Positions 25,002 to 36,196 of a stretch of 64,000 bases of DNA are shown here, in pieces. The stretch's first letter is position 1. The number at the start of each line of letters is the position of its first letter. The stretch spans positions 1,736,001 through 1,800,000 of the forward strand of contig OX337234.1 in assembly GCA_946965045.2 (NCBI GenBank), read 5' to 3'. This DNA is from Epithemia pelagica (lineage: Eukaryota > Protista > Bacillariophyta). The translations under genes and the position numbers were made by a program. The notes below the pieces were generated by a model that saw only the letters and a list, made by a program, of their open reading frames with translations, was not told the origin of the DNA and searched no databases.

Positions 25002-28000
25002 ATGACAATGCCGCGCCCTAGCAGCTTGTCAAGAAAAGGCAAATCTGAAACTTCGACGATCCTTTCAGTTTCTCGAGACTCCACCAAGACTCTAGCAACT
25101 CCCCAAGCCGACGAAACGACGACCATGAAGCTTTCTTGTCTCTCCATCGACACCCCGAACGACGACGACGCACTGGATGTGGGTACAACCGGAAACAGCC
25201 AGGAGACGCCGAACGACCTTAATTGGAGGGAGAAAAAACTCCGTTTGCTGGTACAATTGCTGGCTGAAGAAATCTCCGAACGATTCGTCCCAGCCCCCAC
25301 GGAAGACGACCGCACCATCGATGCCATCAATGGTATTGGTGACTTTAAAACCCGTTGCCGCTAGGCCGAATTCTGGCGCAACGACCACAAACAACGTGTG
25401 GAGACCGAACAAGCATGTTGGGCGAGCTATTACCACAACAACCCCAACCTCCTCACCCCACACCAATGGGACCGCTCACTCATGGACCCTGAGTGGCAGT
25501 GGCCCGATCCTTTCTCGGGTAAAAACTACGAAGAGGAGCTTGACGAGGAAAAACAAGACCTCTACAAGTCAGGCCTCCAAAGCGGAGTCCGACCCGAAAA
25601 CAAGAAGAAAAGCGCACCAGTCGGCTCGAACGAACTTGAATGCTTCCTCAAACAACTCGAAGAAGCAATCATCGCCGAATCTCTGGCTAACAAGAAAAGC
25701 AGGAATGAAAACAAGCTATCCCTGGAAATAAAAGACTTGCTCACCCAACTCAAAGAGCACGACCTTGTTGTCATTCCGACGGACAAAACAAACTCGTTCA
25801 CCATGATGTTCACCAACGAGTACCGCAAAGAAATCAACAAACACCTTGAAAAGAGCGCCGTCCCTATCCCCCGCTCCAAATTGACAGAAATCGTCGACAA
25901 CTGCAACTCCTTCATCCAAGAACTCGATCCGTTTATCTCCAAGGGCGAAAGAGAATTCCTCAAAGAAAAAGTGCAATCCAAAGCAATCCCAAACCCAAAA
26001 ATCCTTGTAAAAGACCACAAAAAACCGGACCAAGACGGCAACTACCCGACTCGTCTAGTTGTGCCTGCCACCAACTTCACCGCCGGTTTCCCCAAAATTG
26101 GGTACTTGGGAATCAAGAACCTCTTCAAAGAGTACGAGATCGACTACGGCCTCCGCAACATAGTCCAAGCTTCGGACCTCAAAGAGAAACTAGAAGCCAT
26201 GTCCTTCGACTCGTCCAACGCGACAATCGTCTCAGTGGACGCAGAAGCAATGTATGCTTCAATCAAGTTTCAATTGATCTACGACGCAGTCCTATACTAC
26301 GCAGACGCCCTCCCCCCAGAAACACACCGCACAATCAACCTTTGTCTAGATCTCATTTTCTTCGGCATGACAAACACCCTCATTGCCTTCCAAGATGAGT
26401 ACTATCTCTACGACGGAGACTTCAAACCGGCCGAACGCGGGCTCACCATCGGGGGATGCGAATCGGCATGGCTGGCCGATCTCGTAATGTCCTACCTCCT
26501 TAAAGCAACCTACGATTCGCTCTTCGATCCGATGCACTTTTTTGGAATGTACCGAGACGACGGCCTAGCCGTCTTCAAAGGCAAACTGTCAACGAAAGAA
26601 ATCAAGGACTGGTTAGAATCCTTCCAAACCGACGTCAACGAAATCGCAGGTAGCGACTTTCTAAAGTTTACAGCTGTGATTTGGGACCCTTTCTCAGAAC
26701 ACGACACCTCCACAATCGACAACAAAAACATCTCCATCGCACAATCAAACACATTTCCCTTCCTGGACATGGAAATGTACTGGGGCGACAACAAAGTCCT
26801 CAAGTACAAGGTCCACGTCAAGAAGAATCAACAACTTAAGTATTTGAACAAAGGAAGTTCTCATACTCCAGGCTGTTTTAAAGCGATCCCCAGTGGAGTT
26901 ATCAAAAGATTGACAAAACTCACCACAGTCGACGATGAGAACGTTGACAAAGTACTGGCGGAAATCTACCCAGTCCACTTCGATGCTCTAACCAAAGCAA
27001 ACCTAATCAAACAAGAATCCATCCCGACCCTTGGAATGTCAAACAAGCAAATGGAAAAAGAGAAGAACGACACCGCCTCGCAAGCCCTAAAGAAACGCAG
27101 GGAACGCGATCGCAAACGAGCAGTCTATTTCAAAATAGGCTACTCAGACTTTTGGCGCAAACCAATACACAAAATCATCAAAGAGATCAAAGGGAAATTC
27201 CCATCCCTGGCTTGGCTGAGGGTATCTATGTCATACCACAGATTCAACAATGTCCGGGAACTGTTCCAAGGCGACCTAAACGCCAAACTCGCCGACGGAC
27301 TAAGATCCCTCGATTTCGAAGATCTCGATTGCAACTGTCGCAACAGAGAGGCCTGCCCCTATGGAGGCCGTTGCAGACGCTCTATCGTTGTGTATAAAGC
27401 CACCTGTCTCCAATCTGGCAAACAATATATCGGTAATACGCAACAACACGTCAAGAAGCGCCTCCAGCAGCACGTCCAAGACGTGAAAGCGCTAGTATTA
27501 CACGACAAACAATCCGACTCGTTCGCCAGCCATTTCGCCTGTTTCGTCCCACGCGACATACCAAGAAAGGAGATGAAGAACCATGTCAAGCTCAAGGTAG
27601 AAATTCTTTGGCAGGGAAAACCTTTGTCCACCGTCAAAACCTTCGGCACCTGCTCTTGCAAACTCTGCGCAAAAGAAAGGCTCGAAATTTTAAAGTTCAC
27701 CAGGTAATCTCCAAAGATGACCATCAACAAATGCAACGAGGTCTATGGCGCCTGTCGCCATAAACCTAGATTCCACCGGTTTCCTAAAAACAACAACAAC
27801 GCCAGCACTGATGAGTCGGTTGACGACGAAAGGGTCGTCATCTGCCGCCCGGTGTCAACCACATCTGTGGACTCCAAATCGTCGATTTTCACTTGGGAAT
27901 CAACCTCCCCCTCTAACGCATCCGCCGCCGACAATGCTTCAAATGATGAACCAGACACGGGCACGGACATGAGGGGAGACAGTATTCTAAACGAGGTCCC

Positions 28001-28187
28001 CCAAATGTCTTATCACGAACGAAGAAGCTGTGGCCTCCAAGCTAGATTCACCTTCAGCACTCCAAAGGATACCCCTCCAGTTGTGGTATTCAAAGAAGGT
28101 GAACTAGAGGAGCTACCGCTAGTTTCAGCCCGGTCTACCACTGATGAAGCTGACTACGGCGACCAGATGCGAGTGGAGATAGATTAG
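25002..28187 (+). pseudogene. Penelope-like element ORF (RT + C-terminal GIY-YIG endonuclease) with two in-frame stops
   Basis: ORFs 25002..25364, 25398..27707 and 27717..28187 share one frame, split by TAG 25362 and TAA 27705. Motifs: PKILVKDHK, SVDAEAMY, RGLTIGG.ESAWLADL, MYRDDGL, CNC...CPYGGRC, IVVYKATC..SGKQYIGNT...KKRLQQH, GACRH. Confidence 0.9.
27799..27855 (+). ncRNA. Candidate type I hammerhead ribozyme at the 3' end of the Penelope-like ORF
   Basis: CTGATGA (27808-14), stem II GTCG-GTTGA-CGAC, GAAA (27828-31). Stem I is possible as GCA/TGC plus ACGCC/GGTGT around an internal loop; stem III is weak. Confidence 0.6.
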
Positions 28188-28444
28188 GCCGGCCGACGAC
28201 CAGCCAGCCCGCGCGTCAGCGAGCGAGAAGTAGAACACTTCCCAGTCTTAGACCGAAACTCCTAAAATAGTCTTCACACTCTTTGCTGTTTCTATTCTCT
28301 GACTAATAATTAGTCTAAAAAATCCAATGGCGATCCAATTAGCTATTAAAAACGTCTAAGTAACACTATTCAATATTTCAAAGTCGGTGGTCCCGGTCGG
28401 ATGGAATTCGGAACTTCCCGATTCCCATCCGAGTTCACCAGAAA

Positions 28445-31400
28445 ATGCCAACCACAAAAATTCCCTCCTCATCTCTCACGAAACAAACAAAACACACAAC
28501 TAAGTTCATAATTCTAAAAACAAAACAAAAACTAAGAGGGATGGAAGAGGAAGAGTTTATTATGGGCTTTAATGGCCAACCGGGCTTCTCTCATGAGTCG
28601 ACCCATGCTATGAGCTTCTCGAAAGAGTCGTCTCAACTGACAGATCCGGGCTTCTCTCATGAGTCGACCCATGCTATGAGCTTCTCGAAAGAGTCGTCTC
28701 AACTGACGGAAACCACCACCGCTGACAAACGGTCATCGTTGGATCCATACTTTTACCGCTGCTTCGTGTACTCCCAAGACGCACGAAGAGTGGAACAAGA
28801 AATGGAAGACTCCGAGAAAATGGGCATTCAGAGTCAAAAACGCCAACCCGCCAACCGGGCCATCAAGAGAAAGCCAGAGTACCAGTTTTCCTGTTACCAA
28901 AATCAGAATCGAATGAAGGGGGGACCTGGTGCCAACCCTTTCAAATACAAAGGGAAGGCATTTGATCCGTTGATCAACTGTGCCGTTTGCGTGGCAGAGT
29001 CGAAGGGAACCAAGAAGCCACATCGTGGACATCATCCTCAATGTCCCAAGAATCGCAAGACGAAAGGACGGAAAAGCACCAATGATGTCTACTTCGACGA
29101 AAAGGCAAAACAATTGGCTGCCATTAATGGTGAATCGTTCGAGGGAACCTTCACCAACGTATCGGAGCTACCACCGGAGACACGCGAATGTGCACAGAAA
29201 ATGGTGGCCCCTCAACGCACAGACCATTCTAACCTGCACGACGCTGTGCGCGACGCAATGGCAGATCCAGAATTTGTCTCATCTTCATCGGACAAAAAGA
29301 CCGGGGCTCCTCTTGCCATTATGGCTGTGGTTCGACACCTAGTCAACCATAAGGAGAAGGGTTGGTACGAACCCAACACATTGGAATTCAAAATCCCAAT
29401 TGTGCGTACTGGTAACTATATCAACCCCCATTGCCACGCCATCGAGGGGCAAGTAATTTACAACGTGTCTTGGGAAGACCAGTTCCCAGGTCTCCAGATC
29501 GATTGTCCGTCTTGCGGCAAGGGCAAGTTGCGCCGTGACAGGACTAACTTCTCCAAAAACAAGAAACTCTTCGCCATTTTCAAATTGGGAACGGTTCCTG
29601 GATGGGCAATTGTGATGACTTACAAATGCACTCATTGTGGAATTCGTTATGAAGCCAACGATGCCGCAGTTCTTTCGGTCTTGCCTATCCACATCCGAAA
29701 GGCATACCCAGTCGATCCGAAATATGCCGACAACACGATGACCTTCCACATCGATAAAGGCCTCAGCCAAATCTTAGAGGAGCTCATGTTGACGTACGGG
29801 AATGGAGACAAAGTGTCGAAAATGATATTCAACACTTTGACCAAGCAGTACTCGGATCGTTTTACTGAGTATTTATCGGAATGGAAAAACATTCGCATGT
29901 TATCGCAGATTGAAGGACCCACACCGTTGTACCCTCTTCTTTTCGGAGAGTTCATTACAACGTATCCTCCCAGCGAGGAGACACTTCGAAACTTGTTCGA
30001 GTCTGCCTCTAAATTGTCCCGAACCCCTTACGGGATTTTGGACTGCGATCGCTGTACACGAGAGATCCAATCCGTCACAACTTCGCATATGTTCGCACAG
30101 GACCATACGATGGAAGCGACTAAGAACTACCGCAAAGCTCTTGGAGCACATGCAGTCTGGGATGCAGCAACAGAGACAGGTGCGGCGGAATGTCTCGCGA
30201 GGAGGTCCGGTTTTCAACCCATTGCGATGTACAGTGACACTTGGCCCGCGAAAGTAAAGTTTTGGAAACTTCTATTCGGTGACGACTTTGAAGGACGTTT
30301 GGGCTTGTATCACTTTTTGCAACGAATCATCAAAACCATGAGGCAGGGACACAACCTGTACCACAAGGCATTGACGGACCTTTGGCAATGTGTCTACGGA
30401 TTCGAAAAGGAATCATACAACACACTCCTCAACGCTTTGAAAACTGGCAAAATGGGCCGGGATGGTGTGGCATATACCATGTCGGAAATTCTCGAGATGC
30501 AAGATACACCTGAATTTCGACGTCGGTTTGCCAAGTACCTCATGAAGGAGATACACCCTCCAATGGTCATTGAACACAATCTCCAAAAGTGGTTTGACCA
30601 GTACAAGGGTAGTGAAGACCCACGTACAGGAAAAAAACTCTTCACCGTCGACACCAAGACTGCTGTCGTGGAGCAGATGAAGAATGCGGTGTACATTCAA
30701 GACACAGTCCCTCTCAAGGATGTGTACAGGGTTGTAAAGCCGACGGCGGGGACAAAGCACGAATGTAGTGAATATCATTCATTGCGTTGTGAGTCAAAGA
30801 TTGAGGCATACCATGACCACTTGGCCCATTTTGGTAATTGTGGCATGAACGCTAACTTGTGTGACGCGTTGAATTTGATTGGCACTGCCAAGTACAATGT
30901 CAAGATTCGTCATAAGTTGCGCATGTCAAATGACTCTGACTCTTCAGCCGCGGCGGAAAGCGTTCCTATGGGATGGAAGACCGAACCCGATTTCTACAAC
31001 CATTGCGAGTTAATCTTTGCCAATGGATTGGCTGAACAGGTAGACTACCCCATTCTGCCTTTTCCATTCGCTCGTCCATTGCCAGAAGACAATGGCAAAG
31101 TATTTTTCGCAAAGTATATGGTTGCACAGAACGACCGGGATGACCAGTATCCCCGGAGTGGTCTGTCCGACCGATGTCACTGTCCCGCATGTGGTAATAA
31201 CGAAGTCCCGTTATTGCACGAAAGGAAGCAACCACCTATTCTTCCAGTTGAAGGGCAGGTGTTGGCCAAGAAGCGACCTTGTCCTACGGAGGACAACGAT
31301 ACTCCGGTGAGTCGTTCAACATACACAGAAACGACTCTGGGATCCCAAGACACGGTTACCGTTTTCCCGACTCCAGATCAACCACGTCCATCGCCTCAGA

Positions 31401-31889
31401 CCACCGTCGATCGCATTTTAAATGCGTCTTTCAACAGTGCCGAGACAGAGGCGACTGTCACAGTGGTAATGTCTCAAGAGTCGAGTCAAAGTGGAGTCAA
31501 AGAGGACCTGTCGCCCGGTAAATTCACAGGTATCTTCGGTGGCCTCAAGTGTGGGATCAAAAAGGATCGAAAACCCGTACAAAAGGCCCCGTGTCGGTAA
31601 GATTCCGATGATGCCGTTCAACAAGCACGAGTCCCCACCCTTGATCATCGCCAAGGGAACGAAGTCCAGTCCGATTGAAATCAGTGAAAGTCAGGAGATG
31701 ACCCCTGCTTCAGTTGAATCATCGTCGTGGTCTTTGTCCGATATTTCCCGCACCAAACGTCCAAAGGCTCAACACAAGGTTTGTTGCGCTGCCTTTTTAG
31801 AATGGGCGAGGAAATACAATCGTAATGGACGTCCTCCTCATTTGCCTGGATGTCCCAATAAGACCACAACACGCCGACCCAACAAGTAA
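28445..31889 (+). CDS. Large DDE transposase, Mutator/MULE-like (1051-aa ORF, C-terminus continues in 31491..31889 after a frameshift)
   Basis: Zn motifs CAVC...HRGHHPQC and CPSC...YKCTHC; putative catalytic motifs FAQDHT, MYSDTWP, RLGLYHFLQR (x-x-x-H), ESKIEAYH; terminal CC..W...GRPPH..C. Superfamily is not certain. Confidence 0.65.
28580..28707. repeat. In-frame 66-bp tandem duplication
   Basis: PGFSHESTHAMSFSKESSQLT occurs twice; units start at 28580 and 28646. Confidence 0.95.
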
Positions 31890-31952
31890 ACGTTGAATCG
31901 ATGAGCTGCGAAGAGACATGTTTTAGTCTTTTCTGTTACAGTAAGACCGTGG

Positions 31953-32250
31953 AGGTACGAGATACACAAGACCTCATTATTAGGTGCGAGATACACAAGA
32001 CCATGAAGAAGTAGGTACGAGATTAACAAGACCATTAGTATTAGGTACGAGATAAACAAGACCATGAAAAATAGGTACGAGATAAACAAGACCATGAAAA
32101 ATAGGTACGAGATGAACACGACCATGAAAATAGGTACGAGATGAACACGACCATGAAAATAGGTACGAGATGAACAAGACCATTATAGTTAGGTATGGGA
32201 TGAACAACACCATTTTGGTTCAGTACAATATGAACCAAAGCTAGATAAAC
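31953..32250. repeat. Array of ~9-10 direct repeats of 29-31 bp
   Basis: Consensus aggtacgagat(a/g)aacaagaccatgaaaaat, lying between the stop codons of two convergent ORFs. Confidence 0.95.
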
Positions 32251-32405
32251 CATTACACGAAGAAAGACGTCACAACGATTTACACTATATTAGTAAATCA
32301 TTAAGAGAAATACTTCGTTATGGCCCAAAAAAACCTTGTAGAGCTTTAGGACAACTAAAACTCCGATAACAAAGTTCTGGAGGGACTTCCAAAAAAATGG
32401 AAGTT

Positions 32406-33949
32406 TCAACGGCGTGAATGGTGTGTGATATGGCCCCCATCGGTGCTGGGGTGGTGAGGGGCTTGAGTTAGTGGTGCGTTTCTGGTTGCCTCCACTTTCT
32501 CCGCTTTCTCGTGAATTTTTGTGACATTCTCCTTATGGGGCATCACGGCGTAGTACTTTACATGTTTGATGGGCCGTAGTTCTTGGCCTTGTAGTAAAGG
32601 GATTTCTCCACGGTCAATACCAACAATCTTAGGTGCGTCTTCATCGGGTGCAATGTTCCATGGATGGGATTGATCGAAAGGATGCACCTCATCCTGGTAT
32701 TCGATTGCGTGGGCTGATGAGCATTTTTGGTCGACCGGAATCGTTGCGGGCTTCTGTGTAGTCGAAGACGCTGCGGGCTTTTGATTCGCCTTGTTATCGG
32801 CAGCATTTTCGTCGATTGCTTCTATCATTGCAACATCATCGACGTCATTGTCTTCGGCAGATATTTTGGTATTGCCCGTGGGTTCCGAATGGTCATCATC
32901 CCCCTTTTCAGTGGATTCAGTTTCCGACTCGTGGCCCTGCTGTAACAGTGTGTCGATTTGGTTCACTGTTGGGTTTTTGGCAGGAGCGACACCAGGGGGG
33001 TAAATGATGGGACGAAATTTTCGGAACCACGTAACGACAGATGCAAGATAGTCCACCGTAGTATCTTAACGATCGGCAGTCTGCATCAGGTCTGCGGCCA
33101 CTTTCTTCGATCGGGAAGACCTCACTTCTGAACCGTCCGGGTTCACGATGGTGAGGTATCCCACATCAAAGAGGGATTTTTGTGTGACTGCGACCGTGGA
33201 GTCATTCTTTGTGCTGTACAGCCAATTACCACAGACTGCAAATCCATTGAATTTGCAGTCACCTTGGTTGGGCAAAATGACAGCGACCGGAGTAGTGACA
33301 CTAATTTTTAAAAGGTCAAATTCCGGTTCCTTCATTTGTCGGAAACAGTACATGGGTCGGATCAGCGTGTTGACTTTGTTATGAAATAATTGTAACAAAT
33401 TCGACTGATCATGGGCCAGGGTATGGTACTTGGATGTTTTCAATTGCCAATAGGCAAACAAGTTACCACCCGGAGTGTTCTGTTTGGAAGATGTGGGGAA
33501 CCACAAATTGTCATCAATGGCATTGGCCAAAGCGACTGCGGCGGTCCCCTTTGGACGTTTCACGGCAGTATAGGCCATGGCCTTGGGCATGGTCCTTGAT
33601 TGGAACCTTAGCACCGCCATATTAGGGTCCGTGAACCGCCAATCTTCGTCATAGTCCGACAAATAGGCAGCCTCCTCCTCCTCAGCCTATTTCGGTGTCT
33701 CCTTTTCGGGGGCAGGCTTCGAGTCCTTTTTTTGTCTCTTTTAGGAGACGACTCTTTTTTTATTTTGGGCCTGGGAACTTCTTTGACTGAAGCCTCATCC
33801 GAGAAGGAGTATTCCGAACCCGAGTCTTCATTCTGCTCCTCTTGATGAGTTTTTTTTCCTTTTAGGAATAGGAGAGGGTTCGTCAGGACTCGGCGGGGGA
33901 TGCCGATGGGCCTTTTTTGCTCAGCTGCCGTCGTCAGCGGTGGAACCAC
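32406..33949 (-). pseudogene. Unknown protein convergent with the transposase
   Basis: ORFs 33066..33662 and 32406..33056 are in one frame across a single TAA; 33608..33949 joins by a frameshift. Globular-looking core NLWFP...FAYWQL...FAVCGNWLY; no family recognised. Confidence 0.5.
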
Positions 33950-34083
33950 CAGATGGTTTTTTCAAAGCATCATTGACGAAACGGCCGGGGGTGGCCTTTG
34001 TAGGAGGAGGCTTTCGAATACGTCCCATGACTGTTCGAGACCGTTACGAGATACGGCTCGTTGGGGGTAACGTATCGAAAAGG

Positions 34084-34350
34084 GAGACGACTTCGAGATG
34101 AAGCTCTGTGCCGTGGGAAAAAGACGACTTCGAGATGAAGCTGTCTCCCACTATAGTAAGGAGTCGACTTCGAGATGAAGCTCCTGGTCTTGGGCTGCAA
34201 AGGAGACGACTTCGAGATGAAGCTCCTGGTCTTGGGCTGCAAAGGAGACGACTACGAGATGAAGCTCCTGGTCTTGTTCAGCAAAGGAGACGACTTCGAG
34301 ATGAAGCTCCTCGTCCGGTCCAAAAGTAGAGGAGACGACTTTGATATGAA
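34084..34350. repeat. Tandem array of ~7 units of ~39-45 bp with constant core gacgacttcgagatgaagct
   Basis: Core seen 7 times; the middle units are near-identical 42-mers and the outer ones diverge. Confidence 0.9.
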
Positions 34351-34479
34351 GGGAATGGGTTGTTTCTGCTGTTTCTCTGACAAAGAACAAAAAAAGGCAA
34401 GCGGTTAGAGATTGTGGGTGCTGTTGGACAATGATGGGTGGTGGAACGGTTGTTACTTACAGGATGGGATGGGAATGGG

Positions 34480-34570
34480 GTGGTGACGATGGACAATGGA
34501 CAATGGTGGGATGGATAATGGACAATGGACGATGGGCGAATGGACAATGGGCCATGGACGATGGACAATG
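34480..34570. repeat. Degenerate 7-bp repeat (tggacaa)n
   Basis: atggacaatggacaatgg...tggacgatggacaatgg. Confidence 0.8.
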
Positions 34571-35059
34571 GTGTTGATGTAATGGGAAAGGTGGTCGATG
34601 GGTCTGTGTCTTCCCACTTTGTATTGGGTATGACTTTGTGAGCCGCGGTGTTGGTGGTAGGAAAATGAGATCGCTTCTGATTTGTACAAAAGGGACCTAT
34701 AGTAAATTTCTCGTAGGATTGTTGCGTTCAAAGGTACATACGTGATTGCCTCGTAGAAAACTTGGTACTTGGTTTCTGTCCCAGTTCCAATTCGTGATTC
34801 GATGTGATTGGATGGGCGAAGGTTCGGCGATTTTTCGACATATGCCTTGTGTACCGCGAGAGGGGGAGTGGTGTATGGGGACTTAATCCCCCATGCCGAA
34901 AAAATTACTATAGAAAAAATAGTACTCAAGACTAACCAAGACTAAAATTAAGCGACGGTTATTTCGGTTTCCCGTTAGGAAGTGGAATCCCCCTCCCTCG
35001 GGCAAGTCCTTTCCTTTCCCCTTCCTTTCCCCCTCTCCCTGCCTGTTCCCCCGCTAAAG

Positions 35060-36196
35060 TCGGGGGCATGGGTAAAGGATCGTCGGGAATATGCCGATCC
35101 ATGGATTGATGGATATGATCCAATCGATTTTCATATTTGGATCGATGGACCTCATCAGTTGCTGTAGGCGATTCCATATTTTCCTCTGTTTCGTCTTCAG
35201 TATATTGGTATCGAGATTCTCCGAATAATTTGTCCCATTCAGCACTAGTGAAATCTGGAACATCCTCAACGGAAGTGGCTATTGTAGAAAACCAATCATC
35301 AAATACCACATGGAATTGCGGTGTGATATAGCCTGTAGAAGGGTTTAAAACTAAAGGTACAGTTGTTGCGTGTTGATTACTTGAGCCAATAAGTATACAC
35401 CGTGTGGAACGTGGCTTCCACCTAGGTAGCTTCTTTCCATCTGACATAGATTTGTCCAGTACGTAGACAGGGCAGCCCCACACGTGTAAGTCGTGGAACT
35501 TTCGCTGCTCCCATCTAGTGCGAGTGAATAAATCATGTGGGCTTATTCCGGTGGCAGTGTTAGGGACATGGCTACATAAGAAGGTATAGCATGGGACACA
35601 GCCATGGGCCATAGTGAGGGATCAGCCATTTCTGGCCAATGTATAGCGGCTTGTAGCATCATGGTGCGCGCTATGGACATAATTGTTTGTATGGCCCGCT
35701 CAGCTATACCGGCGTGATGATGAGCCCCTACTCCAGCAAAGCGGTATGTTTGAGCAAAAGTTTGTAGGGACTCTGTATATTTGGCAGAGGTGAATGCCGA
35801 TCCATTATCGGTGAGATACTGAGAGGGCATAACTCCAACGTTTCTACAAAATAACTCGAAGGAATTTTTAACGTGTAGGGTTTCATGAGTATTTAAATGG
35901 CTCTGAAAACCAATCCAGGTGTAACCCGAAGCGTGATCTACGAATATTGCTCCACCCATATACGTATCCTTAGACGTGGATGAACCCCGAGTATTAAATC
36001 CTCTTCCCTTAGTAGAGCATACGAAATGATCGACACTGACACATTGACCAGGATATAAATTTTCTGCTTTTGTTATCCCCTTGCGATCCTTCACAATGGA
36101 ACTTGTGGTTCCAGGTGATGGTCTTTGCTTTTGTTTGCCATATTGGCAGGCTGCACAAAGAGGTAAGTTCGTAAGAGTGGATGCTTTGACGTGGAG
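35060..36196 (-). pseudogene. Copia integrase of the 22625-42702 element
   Basis: In frame with gag-PR across TGA 36197 (...LPLCAACQYG); VSVDHFVC, YLTDNGSAF, AGIAERAIQT; frameshift near 35590; then WGCPVYVLD, PRWKPRS, PQFHVVFDDWF. Confidence 0.92.

Noticed and set aside
25362-27707. Selenocysteine recoding or an alternative genetic code explaining in-frame stops
   Set aside because: All three stop types occur as isolated interruptions, and the PLE stops are TAG and TAA, not TGA.
28141-28275. Second hammerhead (CTGATGA at 28141 with GCTGAC/GTCAGC or the later GAAAC...GTC)
   Set aside because: The stem is followed by GAGC rather than GAAA, and the downstream GAAAC cannot be joined to it with consistent stems I and II.
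31953-32250. 30-bp repeat array as CRISPR
   Set aside because: Units are contiguous with no unique spacers.
34084-34350. CRISPR-like look: constant ~20-nt core with variable intervening sequence
   Set aside because: Spacers are short and related to each other, there are no cas genes, and the context is eukaryotic; it is a diverging minisatellite.
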